Shown here piece after piece: positions 1 to 8,276 of a stretch of DNA of 36,662 nucleotides. The DNA lies in contig CAZBYY010000002.1 of assembly GCA_964495855.1 (NCBI GenBank), positions 1-36,662 on the forward strand, given 5' to 3'. This DNA comes from an uncultured Acidobacterium sp. Its GTDB lineage: Bacteria; Acidobacteriota; Vicinamibacteria; Vicinamibacterales; UBA2999. Numbering within the stretch: the stretch's first letter is position 1; each line of letters opens with the position of its first letter. The notes under the pieces are model-generated. The model had not been told where the DNA came from, searched no databases, and saw nothing but the letters and a program-made list of their open reading frames with translations. The translations under genes were made by a program, and so were the position numbers.

Positions 1-417
1 GTCCGCCATGCGCTTCACGCGAGTGGCCGTATGCTGCGTCGGCGTGCACTGGTAGTGGAGGTAGCCATCCGGCACCGCCCTGGCGTCGCGCGGCAGCGCA
101 CGCTCGAGCCGAAAGGTCTGCGCCGGCACGGCGAAGGGCGTGCCGAGCCGCTCGCACGTGGCGATCGCCCCCTGCAACACGGCAAAGTGCGGCGCGACGG
201 TGGTGGCCATGTAGACCTCGTCTACCGGCGTTGCCTGCAGGAAGGCAGGGAGCGCAGCGATGTCGCCGAGATACGGGATGCTCAATTCCTGGCGAAGGTG
301 TTCATCAGGAAGCGAGAAGGCGCCGAGCACGCGGTGACGGCGGGCCAGGTCCTTCGCGGTCTCACGTGCGAGCGGGCCGCAGCCCACGATCACGACGTCA
401 GGTGTGCGTGTAAACAT
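1..417 (-). CDS. EPS-type polyprenyl-phosphate sugar-phosphate transferase, N-terminal 139 codons only (gene continues past the left edge)
   Basis: Absent from the ORF track because it is truncated. Minus-strand translation from ATG at 417-415 (GGAG at 427-424) reads MFTRTPDVVIVGCGPLARETAKDLARRHRVLGAFSLPDEHL...IPYLGDIAALPAFLQATPVDEVYMA...TRVKRMAD. This is the Rossmann/CoA-binding-like module that precedes the bacterial sugar-transferase domain in EPS initiating enzymes. The frame is open to base 1 and starts 12 nt after the stop of the WecB/TagA gene. Confidence 0.6.
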   Translation of the reverse strand, partial: MFTRTPDVVIVGCGPLARETAKDLARRHRVLGAFSLPDEHLRQELSIPYLGDIAALPAFLQATPVDEVYMATTVAPHFAVLQGAIATCERLGTPFAVPAQTFRLERALPRDARAVPDGYLHYQCTPTQHTATRVKRMAD

Positions 418-429
418 CGAAGTCTCCAG

Positions 430-1197
430 TCAATTCGCGGCCGCAGCCGCGCCGCGCCTCCAGGCGCGAAGAAAGATCGGCACGATCTGCGGGTCGCGCA
501 CCAGGTAGCGATGCGCCAGCCGTCGCGGCTCTCGCCAGAGGCGATACGACCATTCGAGTCCCGCGTCCGACATCCATGCCGGCGCGCGCTTCACGTGCCC
601 GGCGGCGAAGTCGAGCGCGGCACCAAGGCCAATGCACACGGCCGGGGCGACGGCGTCGCGATAGCGGGCCATCCACCATTCCTGCCGGGGACATCCGAGC
701 GCGAGGATGACCAGTTGCGCTCCTGATTCGCGGATCGCGCGCACCGTCGCCGACTGGCTCGGTAACGCCGTGTCGTCTGGCGACCACCACGAGGTATCGC
801 GGCCGACGATGCGGAGGCCGGGGTGAGCGGCGGTGAGGCGCGCGGCCGCGTCGCGCGACGCAGCCTCCGACGCGCCGAAGAAGAACACGCCCCACTCGCG
901 GTCGGCGGCCCGCTGCATCAGCGGACCGAGCAGGTCGGAACCGCTGACGCGCGCCGGCAGCGGCGAGCCGAGCAGCCGTGACATCCACAGCAGCGGCTGG
1001 CCATCGGCGAGCGAGAGCGTGGCCTCGTTGTAGATGCGACGCAGCTTCTCGTCGCGCGACGCGAGGACGATGTGATCGACATTCGGCGTGACGATGTAGC
1101 CGCCGCGTCGTGCGTCGATCGCGGATTCGATCGCGCGCAACGCACCGTCGCGATCGAGCGGGTCGATCCCAAGTGGACCGATCTGGATTCGTGTCAT
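430..1197 (-). CDS. WecB/TagA/CpsF-family glycosyltransferase (GT26)
   Basis: The 255-aa ORF reads MTRIQIGPLGIDPLDRDGALRAIESAI...GGYIVTPNVDHIVLA...LADGQPLLW...VFFFGASEAA...LALGCPRQEWW...IGLGAALDFAAG..KRAP.WM...GLEW.YRL..EP.RL..RY. These are the typical WecG/TagA family blocks. Confidence 0.85.
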   Translation of the reverse strand: MTRIQIGPLGIDPLDRDGALRAIESAIDARRGGYIVTPNVDHIVLASRDEKLRRIYNEATLSLADGQPLLWMSRLLGSPLPARVSGSDLLGPLMQRAADREWGVFFFGASEAASRDAAARLTAAHPGLRIVGRDTSWWSPDDTALPSQSATVRAIRESGAQLVILALGCPRQEWWMARYRDAVAPAVCIGLGAALDFAAGHVKRAPAWMSDAGLEWSYRLWREPRRLAHRYLVRDPQIVPIFLRAWRRGAAAAAN

Positions 1198-1260
1198 GCC
1201 CCCGCCTACAGCAATTCGGTTGCCATCGCGATTTCGCTCGAAATGCGAAAAACAGGCCTG

Positions 1261-1314
1261 AATTCGTCTCGAATTGAGCCAGCCAGGCTCGTCTCAAAAC
1301 GAGACCGCAGAGAC
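1261..1314. promoter_or_regulatory. Cluster of inverted/direct repeats (candidate enhancer-binding-protein UAS or operator) in the divergent EPS intergenic region
   Basis: There is a perfect palindrome aattcg-tct-cgaatt at 1261-1275. TCGTCTC is repeated at 1264-1270 and 1289-1295. GTCTC(1291-1295)-aaaac-GAGAC(1301-1305) forms an inverted repeat, and a further GAGAC lies at 1310-1314. The cluster lies about 45-110 bp upstream of the -24/-12 element at 1358-1373. Confidence 0.3.
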
Positions 1315-1357
1315 GGCGCGCGAGCGCATTTCCCCCTGAAACCGGGCGGAACAGATG

Positions 1358-1373
1358 CGGCATGGAAGATGCA
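1358..1373 (+). promoter_or_regulatory. Candidate sigma-54 (-24/-12) promoter for the plus-strand EPS operon
   Basis: CGGCATGgaagATGCA against consensus TGGCACG-N4-TTGCA. The invariant GG (1359-1360) and GC (1371-1372) have the exact spacing, and C4, A5, G7, T13 and A16 also match. It is intergenic, correctly oriented, and 15 nt upstream of the first plus-strand start (1388). Confidence 0.45.
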
Positions 1374-1387
1374 CGACGAGGCCGCGA

Positions 1388-1564
1388 ATGCAGCAACTGA
1401 TCTTGAACTCGGTGTTGATTGCCGCCTTCGCGATTCCCGCGATGGTGTTGCGTGACAGCGGCGATGACGGCAACGCCGACTACGCGCGCGTCCTGCGCCG
1501 CGTCGTGATCTTCGCCGGCGTGTACGTGCCGCTGTTGCTGTTCGTTTATCCCAGGTTGTTTTAG
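1388..1564 (+). CDS. Hypothetical 58-aa two-helix membrane micro-protein
   Basis: MQQLILNSVLIAAFAIPAMVLRDSGDDGNADYARVLRRVVIFAGVYVPLLLFVYPRLF has two hydrophobic helices joined by an acidic loop. It ends 9 nt before the receiver gene. I recognise no family. The start is chosen at the internal ATG of track ORF 1355..1564. Confidence 0.35.
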   Translation: MQQLILNSVLIAAFAIPAMVLRDSGDDGNADYARVLRRVVIFAGVYVPLLLFVYPRLF

Positions 1565-1573
1565 GAGAGCCCC

Positions 1574-1978
1574 GTGACGAGTCCGATGAATCGACGTATC
1601 GCGCTGGTGGTGGACGACTCGCCCGACATGCGCATGCAGATGTCGGCGATCTGCCGCCGCGAAGGTCTCGACGTCGTGGAAGTGCGCGATGGTGAGACGG
1701 CGTTGACGGAAGCGCGTGAGCGCCGCCCCGACATCATTTGCCTCGACCTGATGTTGCCGACGCTGTCGGGATTCGAAGTGTGCGAGCGGCTGAAAGGCCA
1801 GCCGGAAACGGCCGACATCCCGGTGTTGATCGCGTCGGCCCGGTCGTATCCGCAGGATCGCGCCGAGGCCGAAATGGCCGGTGCCGATGCCTACGCGATG
1901 AAGCCGCTGGACGTGGATGCGTTTGCCACGCAGGTGCGCACGCTCCTGTGGCAGCGCAGGAAGGACGCGCGCGCGTGA
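1574..1978 (+). CDS. Single-domain response regulator (CheY-like receiver)
   Basis: The receiver signature is complete: ALVVDDSPD, phospho-acceptor context IICLDLMLP, VLIASA and AYAMKPLD. AGGAG lies at 1563-1567, upstream of GTG 1574. An alternative ATG start is at 1586. Confidence 0.9.
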   Translation: MTSPMNRRIALVVDDSPDMRMQMSAICRREGLDVVEVRDGETALTEARERRPDIICLDLMLPTLSGFEVCERLKGQPETADIPVLIASARSYPQDRAEAEMAGADAYAMKPLDVDAFATQVRTLLWQRRKDARA

Positions 1979-3471
1979 GCAGCGGCGCGGATTCGTTGAT
2001 GTCGTTCGGGACCCTGGCGCAGTGGCAGGCGGCCGGCCGGCTGATCGCCGGCGGCATTCGCCGATGGCGGGCGCGCATCGTGCTGGTCACGCTGGTATTC
2101 AGCGTCACCGGCGCGATCGCGGCCGCCGTCTTGCCGCGCACCTACTCGGCTGAAGCGCGCCTGCTGGTCCGCAAGAACTACGTCATGCCCGCGCTCGCCT
2201 CGCCGCGCCGCGCCGTGCCGATCAATTCCGAAATGCCGCTGCAGTCGGCAGGCGTGATGATCCTGAGCCGGCCGTCGCTCGAATCGATCATTCGCGAGCG
2301 TCATCTCCTCGAGCGATGGGAGCGCGATCGCGCACCGATGCTGCGGGCGAAGGATCGCATCACCGAGTGGATCAAGGGTCCGGTGTCCGAAGACGACAAG
2401 ATCGACGCGCTCGTCGACCTGCTCGAAACGCGCATCCGGGTCGGCGTCGAGGATGAGGTGTTGAAGATCAGCGCCAAGTGGTCCGATCGCGACACCGTCG
2501 TCGAGATCGTGGACGGCGCGATCGATTCGTTCCTGGCGGCGCGGCGGAAGATCGACGTGCAGACGGTGGCGGACACGAATGCGATCCTGAGCGAGTTCGC
2601 CGGTCGAGCGCGCCAGCAGGTTGACGAGCAGCTGGCCGCAGTCGCGCGACGGACGGTGCGGCCTGTGCGCGTGGCCGTCGAACCCGCGCGGTCCACGACC
2701 GCATCCGCGATCGTCGCCAGTTCACCGTCCCAGCTGCGCCGCGCCATCGATGCCGCGCGAGTGCGCGTCGAGGCGCTCGAAAAGCAGCACGCCGACGCAC
2801 GCGCGGCGCTCGAAGCGCGCATCGCCGAACGGCGGAGTGTGATCACAGAAAGGCACCCGGAGATGCTGGCCCTGCGCCGCAACCTTGCGCAGCTTGCGGA
2901 CGATCCCGCCGCGCTGATCGACGCGCGCCGGGAGCTCAGTGACCTGCTCGCCGCTGACGAGACGACCGCGCCTGTGCCGTCATCACCAGCTGTGCAAGAT
3001 CAGTCTCCGCGTAAGAGGATGGTCTTGAGCTCGAATACCCAGCGAATCGAGCAGCGCCGCGACGAGGCCTACGCCAAGCTCGCCGCCGGCGCCACCGACG
3101 AGGTCACCGAACGGCTCGCCGTCGCAGACCTGCTCGAGCCGCCCGCGCCGAATGAGGATGCGGTCGAGGCCGACCGGGCGATCCTGAAATCGTCGATCGA
3201 GTCCTACCAGGACCTGCGCACGCGGCTCGACAACGTGCAGATCGAGCTGCAGACCGCCGAAGCCGCGTTCAGCCACAAGTATTCGACGACGGTGCCGCCG
3301 CAGCGGCCGCGCAAGGCCACCAGTCCAAATGTGCCGCTCGTGATCGGGGGCGCCGCCCTGGCGGGTCTCCTCGCAGGCATCGCGCTCGCGATCAGCGCCG
3401 AGCTGAAGGCGCGGTCGTTGTGGTCGCTGCCGGCGCTGCGCCAGTTCATCGCCGCGGAAGGGCGCGCGTGA
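1975..3471 (+). CDS. Polysaccharide co-polymerase / chain-length determinant (Wzz/GumC-like, no kinase domain)
   Basis: GTG 1975 overlaps the receiver stop (GTGA); an alternative ATG is at 1999. The N-terminal TM is IVLVTLVFSVTGAIAAAV, followed by LPRTYSAEARLLV. A long Ala/Arg/Glu-rich coiled-coil periplasmic region precedes the C-terminal TM VIGGAALAGLLAGIALAISA. The first 79 codons of track ORF 1738..3471 overlap the receiver gene and are rejected. Confidence 0.7.
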   Translation: MSSGADSLMSFGTLAQWQAAGRLIAGGIRRWRARIVLVTLVFSVTGAIAAAVLPRTYSAEARLLVRKNYVMPALASPRRAVPINSEMPLQSAGVMILSRPSLESIIRERHLLERWERDRAPMLRAKDRITEWIKGPVSEDDKIDALVDLLETRIRVGVEDEVLKISAKWSDRDTVVEIVDGAIDSFLAARRKIDVQTVADTNAILSEFAGRARQQVDEQLAAVARRTVRPVRVAVEPARSTTASAIVASSPSQLRRAIDAARVRVEALEKQHADARAALEARIAERRSVITERHPEMLALRRNLAQLADDPAALIDARRELSDLLAADETTAPVPSSPAVQDQSPRKRMVLSSNTQRIEQRRDEAYAKLAAGATDEVTERLAVADLLEPPAPNEDAVEADRAILKSSIESYQDLRTRLDNVQIELQTAEAAFSHKYSTTVPPQRPRKATSPNVPLVIGGAALAGLLAGIALAISAELKARSLWSLPALRQFIAAEGRA

Positions 3472-4946
3472 TGCGCACCGCCGATCGCATCGCGCCGGCG
3501 CTCGCGCTGGTCGCTCCAGCGACCGCGGCGTCGTGGGTGCTTGCGGCCGTCGGCGGCGGCGTGGCCGCCGCCGTGCCGACGATCGCTGTGGCCGCGCTGG
3601 CATTGGTGTTCGCGATGCCGATGCAATGGACGGCGCTGTCGATGCTGGGCGCCGCGTTGCTCGTCGACAATCCGGGCGAACGTCCCTCGGATGGCCGGTG
3701 GCAGTCGCCGCTCTTCGGTCCCGGCGAGTTCATTTACGAGAATCTGCACAAGCACACCGGCATCGACGCGCTGCGCTTTTCCGCCATCGAACTCGTGTTC
3801 GCGGTGTTGATCCTGATCGTGGTGGTGCGCAAGCTCCGGCGCGATCCGCTCGACGATCCGCGCGGCCTCGGCGCCTTGCCGAACCCGATGAAGCACGCGT
3901 TTGCCGGCTTCTTTGCCGTGATCGTCGGCCTCGAGATCTACGGTCTCGCGCGCGGCGGCGATTTCAAGAATTCACTCTGGCAGCTGCGCCAGATGTTCTG
4001 GCTGCCGGTGCTCGGCGTGTTGTTCGGCCACGCGATCAAGAGCCAGGCGGCGCGCCGGACGTTGCTGCGGCTGCTGCTCGCGGTCGCATTCGTGCGCTGT
4101 CTCTTCGGCGTCTACTTTTACGCTGCGATCGCGCGTCCCCAACAGATGGACATCGAGTACGCGATGACCCACTCCGACTCGATCCTCATCGTCGTCGCGG
4201 TGTTGATCGCCGTGACGATGCTCGTGGAGCGGCCGACGTGGCCGCACCTGGCGCTCAACGCGATCGTGCAGCCGGTGTATGCGGCCGGGTTGATCGTCAA
4301 CGACCGCCGCGTCGCCTACATCACGCTGGCCGCCGGCGTGCTGTCGCTGATCCTGCTCGGCCCCGCGCACCTCCGCGTGTGGACCCGCCGCGCGCTGCTC
4401 GTCGCGATTCCGCTGGGTCTGCTCTATTTGGCCGCCGGCTGGAACTCCAACGCCGCCATCTTCAAGCCGGTGCAGACGGTCCGCTCGCTGTCGTCGCGCG
4501 ACGATGCGTCGAGCCAGACGCGCGACATCGAGAACTACAACCTCACGCTGACGCTGAAGCGCAATCCCGTGTTCGGATCGGGCTTCGGCCACGAGTACGT
4601 CGAGTTCGTGCAGGCCAACCGCGTCGACCAGATCTTCGCGCAGTACCGCTACATCGCGCACAACGGCGTGTTGTGGGTGCTGTCGATTGCCGGGTGGTTG
4701 CCGTTCTCGCTGCTGTGGGCACTGTTTCCGACCGCCGTGCTGATGGCGCGGCGGGCCTACGACAGCAGCCGCGCGGCGATCGATCGCACGACGGCGTTTG
4801 CGGCGTTCGCCGCGGTGTTGTGTTTCGTCGTCCAGGCGTGGGCGGACATGGGCCTGCAAAGCTGGATGGGAACGCTGGTGTTGACGAGTCTGACGGGAGC
4901 GGCAGGGGCGCTGTGGACGGCGCGCGATGCCGAGGCGAGGGCGTGA
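3471..4946 (+). CDS. O-antigen ligase / Wzy-type polymerase family membrane protein
   Basis: ATG 3471 overlaps the upstream stop (TGATG). It is a multi-spanning membrane protein with a large loop and a Wzy_C-like block: NPVFGSGFGHEYVEFV...YRYIAHNGVLWVLSIAGWL. Confidence 0.7.
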   Translation: MRTADRIAPALALVAPATAASWVLAAVGGGVAAAVPTIAVAALALVFAMPMQWTALSMLGAALLVDNPGERPSDGRWQSPLFGPGEFIYENLHKHTGIDALRFSAIELVFAVLILIVVVRKLRRDPLDDPRGLGALPNPMKHAFAGFFAVIVGLEIYGLARGGDFKNSLWQLRQMFWLPVLGVLFGHAIKSQAARRTLLRLLLAVAFVRCLFGVYFYAAIARPQQMDIEYAMTHSDSILIVVAVLIAVTMLVERPTWPHLALNAIVQPVYAAGLIVNDRRVAYITLAAGVLSLILLGPAHLRVWTRRALLVAIPLGLLYLAAGWNSNAAIFKPVQTVRSLSSRDDASSQTRDIENYNLTLTLKRNPVFGSGFGHEYVEFVQANRVDQIFAQYRYIAHNGVLWVLSIAGWLPFSLLWALFPTAVLMARRAYDSSRAAIDRTTAFAAFAAVLCFVVQAWADMGLQSWMGTLVLTSLTGAAGALWTARDAEARA

Positions 4947-6130
4947 GCGTGGTGTCGATGGTGTTGGTAATGCTCGGAGTGGCGCCGCTGGCGATGGCCG
5001 CCTATTTGTTCATGTTGACGATGGCCTGGAAGCGGCCGCAGCCGATGCCGCGCCGCCACGAGGCGCGCCGCATCGTCGTCGTCGTGCCGGCGCACAACGA
5101 AGAGCTCGGTATCGCGGCGACTGTCCGCAGCCTGTTGGCGACTGATTACCCGCGCGATCGTCGACGCGTCGTGGTCGTGGCCGACAACTGCACCGACACG
5201 ACCGCGCTCGTGTCGCTTGCCGCCGGCGCCGAGGTGATCGTCAGGAATGATGCGGATCGGCGCGGCAAGGGATTCGCGCTGGCATTCGCGTTCGATCGAC
5301 TGCGCGAGCGCAACGACTGGGATGCGGTGGTGGTCGTCGACGCCGACAGCGACGTCACGCCGAACCTGCTCTGGTCATTCTCGGACCGGATCGCGATGGG
5401 GGAGCAAGCCGTTCAGGCGCTCTATCTTCCGCGTTGTGGAGAGGCCGCGGTCAGCGTGATCACCGACATTGCGTTTGCAGCGATCCACCTGGTGAGATCG
5501 GCGGCTCGCGAGCGGTTCGGCCTGTCGTGCGGGTTGCGCGGCAACGGCATGGCGTTTACGCGCGAGGTGCTCGCGCGCGTGCCGCACGAAGCGTTCTCGC
5601 GCACCGAGGATCTCGAGTTCGGGATCCAGCTGGGACTCTCCGGTATCCGCGTGGCGTTTGTGGGTGACGCCGTCGTGCGCGGCGACATGCCCGAAGCGTC
5701 GACCGCGGTCACGCAACAGCGCGAACGATGGATCGGCGGCCGGATTGAAATGGCGCGCCGTCACGCGGGCGGATTGATCCGTGAAGCGATGGGCCGCCGC
5801 AGCTGGATGCTCGCCGATCTCGCCGCCGACCTGATGGTGCCGCCCCTGTCGATCCTGGCTGCGATGCTCACGGCGGGAACGGCGATCGCTGCCGTCGTCG
5901 CCGCCAACGGTGATGGGGTTGCACCACTTGGAATCTGGGCCGCTGCGTTCGCGGCGCTGTTCGTGCACGTCGCTCACGCGGCGCGGCTGTCGGGCGCATC
6001 GCTGAGCCGGCTGCATCGCGCGGCGATCGCGCTGCCGGAATACGTGGCGCGCAAGTGCGCCATCGCAAGCCGCGCGCTGGTCACCGACGACCAGCGCTGG
6101 GTGCGCACGCCGCGCAAGGGAGAACTGTGA
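4943..6130 (+). CDS. Membrane-embedded family-2 glycosyltransferase, synthase-like (QxxRW type)
   Basis: GTG 4943 overlaps the upstream stop (GTGA). An N-terminal TM is followed by [49 protein letters not shown] and QRERW, with C-terminal TM helices. The upstream 470 codons of track ORF 3533..6130 are an off-frame shadow of the Wzy gene. Confidence 0.85.
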   Translation: MSVVSMVLVMLGVAPLAMAAYLFMLTMAWKRPQPMPRRHEARRIVVVVPAHNEELGIAATVRSLLATDYPRDRRRVVVVADNCTDTTALVSLAAGAEVIVRNDADRRGKGFALAFAFDRLRERNDWDAVVVVDADSDVTPNLLWSFSDRIAMGEQAVQALYLPRCGEAAVSVITDIAFAAIHLVRSAARERFGLSCGLRGNGMAFTREVLARVPHEAFSRTEDLEFGIQLGLSGIRVAFVGDAVVRGDMPEASTAVTQQRERWIGGRIEMARRHAGGLIREAMGRRSWMLADLAADLMVPPLSILAAMLTAGTAIAAVVAANGDGVAPLGIWAAAFAALFVHVAHAARLSGASLSRLHRAAIALPEYVARKCAIASRALVTDDQRWVRTPRKGEL

Positions 6131-6684
6131 TGAAGAGCGGTCTGTGGGAAGACGCGCTGCACCTCGCCGCCGCGGCGCGCCTGGCGCGCACGCCGCGCAA
6201 CGCGTGGCGGATGATCCGCACCGACGCGTACTGGCTGCTGTTGCTGTTCCGGATGCGCAGCATCGTGCTGGCGTGGCGGATTCCGATCGTCAATCGCGTG
6301 CTGCGCATGATGCAGATGGTGTTTGGCGGCGTCGAGCTCGGCAACGACATCACGCTTGGCCGCGGCGTCTACTTCATTCATTCGCTCGGCACGGTGGTCG
6401 GCGGCACGGCGCGCATCGGTGATCGCGTGCGTTTCCTCGGGTGCAACACCGTGGGCACCGCGAGCGACAACGGCTACCCCGTGATCGAAGACGACGTGGA
6501 GATCGGCTGCGGCGCTCGCGTGCTCGGTCCCGTCCGTGTGGGCGCAGGCGCGGTGATCGGCGCCAACGCCGTGGTGTTGTCCGACGTGCCGGCCGGTGCC
6601 GTGGTCGTCGGCGCGCCGGCGCGCGTCGTGAAAATGCGTGCGACGCAACCGTCGCATTTGACCTTGTTGGAGAGTTCCCGATGA
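6130..6684 (+). CDS. Hexapeptide-repeat O-acetyltransferase (serine acetyltransferase/CysE-like, EPS-modifying type)
   Basis: ATG 6130 overlaps the upstream stop (TGATG). The left-handed beta-helix repeats are evident: [36 protein letters not shown]...[50 protein letters not shown]. Confidence 0.8.
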   Translation: MKSGLWEDALHLAAAARLARTPRNAWRMIRTDAYWLLLLFRMRSIVLAWRIPIVNRVLRMMQMVFGGVELGNDITLGRGVYFIHSLGTVVGGTARIGDRVRFLGCNTVGTASDNGYPVIEDDVEIGCGARVLGPVRVGAGAVIGANAVVLSDVPAGAVVVGAPARVVKMRATQPSHLTLLESSR

Positions 6685-8276
6685 ATCCGATGGTGAGTGT
6701 GGTGATCGCGGCCCGCGGCCGCAGTGCGTCGGCCGCCAGGCTGCTGCGGCAGTTGTCGCAGCAGACGATTGGCGCCGATCGATTCGAAGTCGTGGTCGTC
6801 GACGATGGCTCGCCGGAACCGCTGGCGCCGCAGCTTGCGGTTCTCGACACGCCGTTTCCGCTGCGATGCGTGCGCATCGAGTGGAGCGGGCCGGCGGCGG
6901 CGCGTCATCATGGTGCCAGGCTGGCCACCGGCGATGTGCTCGTCTTCATCGACGACGACATGCAAGTGGCGCCGGAATTCCTGGCGGCGCACGTGCGGCA
7001 CCACGAGGAGCACCCGCGCACCGTCGTGCTCGGCCGCATCGATCCGGACGCGTCGATCGAAGAGATGCCACTGTTCGAGCGGTACCACGCGCGCCAGCTG
7101 GCGCGGTGGCAGGATGCGGTGGCCCGCGGGGCGCTGCGGCCGCGCGGCATGCATCTTTGCACCGGCAATGTCTCGATGCGCCGCCGCGATTACTTCGAGG
7201 TCGGCGGATTCAATTCGGCGCTGCAGCGCTCCGAGGACCGTGAGCTCGGCATCCGTCTCGAGGATGCTGGATGCCTGATCGTGTACGGTGCGGATGCGGT
7301 GTCGGTCCATTCGTCGGATCACACCGATCTCGAGAGATGGTTGTCGCGCGCCGACCTGTACGGCCGCATCGACCGCCGGATTGCGGACATGCATCCCGAT
7401 GCGGGTGCGCATCCGCTGAACTTCTGGCCGCTCATCCATCCGCTGTCGCGGCCGATCGTGGCACTGGTGCTCGTTGCTCCGGCGCTCGGCGGCGTGTTGT
7501 CGCGCGCGGCATTCCGGCTGGCGGCCGCGCTCGATCGCCTTGGCGCGGGATCGGCGGCGGTCACGAGCGCCGCGCTCGCGTACGCGCTGCAGTACTTCGC
7601 CGGCTATCGCGCGGCGTGCGGCAGCATCGCGCAGGTGCGCCGCGAGTGGCGCGCCGCGCGCGCGAATGGGGAGCGTGGCGCGTTGCATCGTTGCCTCGCC
7701 GCGATCCGTGCCGATCACAACATGATGCGGCACCACCGCCTGAAGTACCACGGTGACGTGATCCGTTCGGCGCGATTGCCGATCGATCTGGTCTCGAGGG
7801 TCGGGCTGCAGATGCTTGCGGTGTACCGCGTGATGCGGCTGTTTGCCGAGTGGCGCGTGCCGCTCGTGCCGCTCGTGCTGTCGCGGCTGATCCGGCATCT
7901 CTACGGCGCCGAGATCCATTGGAACGCGAAGATCGCGCCCGGCGTGTCGATCGTCCACGGCACGGGCCTCGTGCTCAGCCACGCTGCCGAGGTCGAACGC
8001 GGCTGCATCCTGTTCCAGAGCGTGACGCTCGGAGAAAGCATCGACGCCGAAACCGGCCGTATCGGCGCGCCGCGGCTGGCCGCCGGCGTGCACGTCGGCC
8101 CCGGCGCGACGCTCCTCGGACCGATCGAGATCGGCGCGTCGAGCAAGATCGCTGCTGGTGTGGTGTTGATGACGAGCGTGCCGCAGGGCACGCTGGTGAT
8201 GCCGCCGCAGCCGGTGATCAGCCGGAGGCGCGTGGGCGCGCCGCGCGCCGCGATGCGCGCCGCGTCAGCGGCCTGA
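6681..8276 (+). CDS. Fusion protein: N-terminal GT2 glycosyltransferase, hydrophobic linker, C-terminal CysE-like hexapeptide acetyltransferase
   Basis: ATG 6681 overlaps the upstream stop (ATGA). The GT2 blocks are [28 protein letters not shown] and EDRELGIRL. The hydrophobic segment is [15 protein letters not shown]. The acetyltransferase module is [31 protein letters not shown]...[40 protein letters not shown]. Confidence 0.8.
   Translation: MNPMVSVVIAARGRSASAARLLRQLSQQTIGADRFEVVVVDDGSPEPLAPQLAVLDTPFPLRCVRIEWSGPAAARHHGARLATGDVLVFIDDDMQVAPEFLAAHVRHHEEHPRTVVLGRIDPDASIEEMPLFERYHARQLARWQDAVARGALRPRGMHLCTGNVSMRRRDYFEVGGFNSALQRSEDRELGIRLEDAGCLIVYGADAVSVHSSDHTDLERWLSRADLYGRIDRRIADMHPDAGAHPLNFWPLIHPLSRPIVALVLVAPALGGVLSRAAFRLAAALDRLGAGSAAVTSAALAYALQYFAGYRAACGSIAQVRREWRAARANGERGALHRCLAAIRADHNMMRHHRLKYHGDVIRSARLPIDLVSRVGLQMLAVYRVMRLFAEWRVPLVPLVLSRLIRHLYGAEIHWNAKIAPGVSIVHGTGLVLSHAAEVERGCILFQSVTLGESIDAETGRIGAPRLAAGVHVGPGATLLGPIEIGASSKIAAGVVLMTSVPQGTLVMPPQPVISRRRVGAPRAAMRAASAA

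Noticed and set aside
3533-4942. N-terminal 470 codons of the 865-aa track ORF 3533-6130, which would make a giant GT2 protein.
   Set aside because: This part is Arg-rich nonsense overlapping the Wzy-like gene in another frame. The GT2 signature begins right after GTG 4943, which overlaps the upstream stop. Similar 5' extensions were trimmed for 1738, 3420, 6055, 6441, 11701, 24600, 29617-30480 and 8265-9425.
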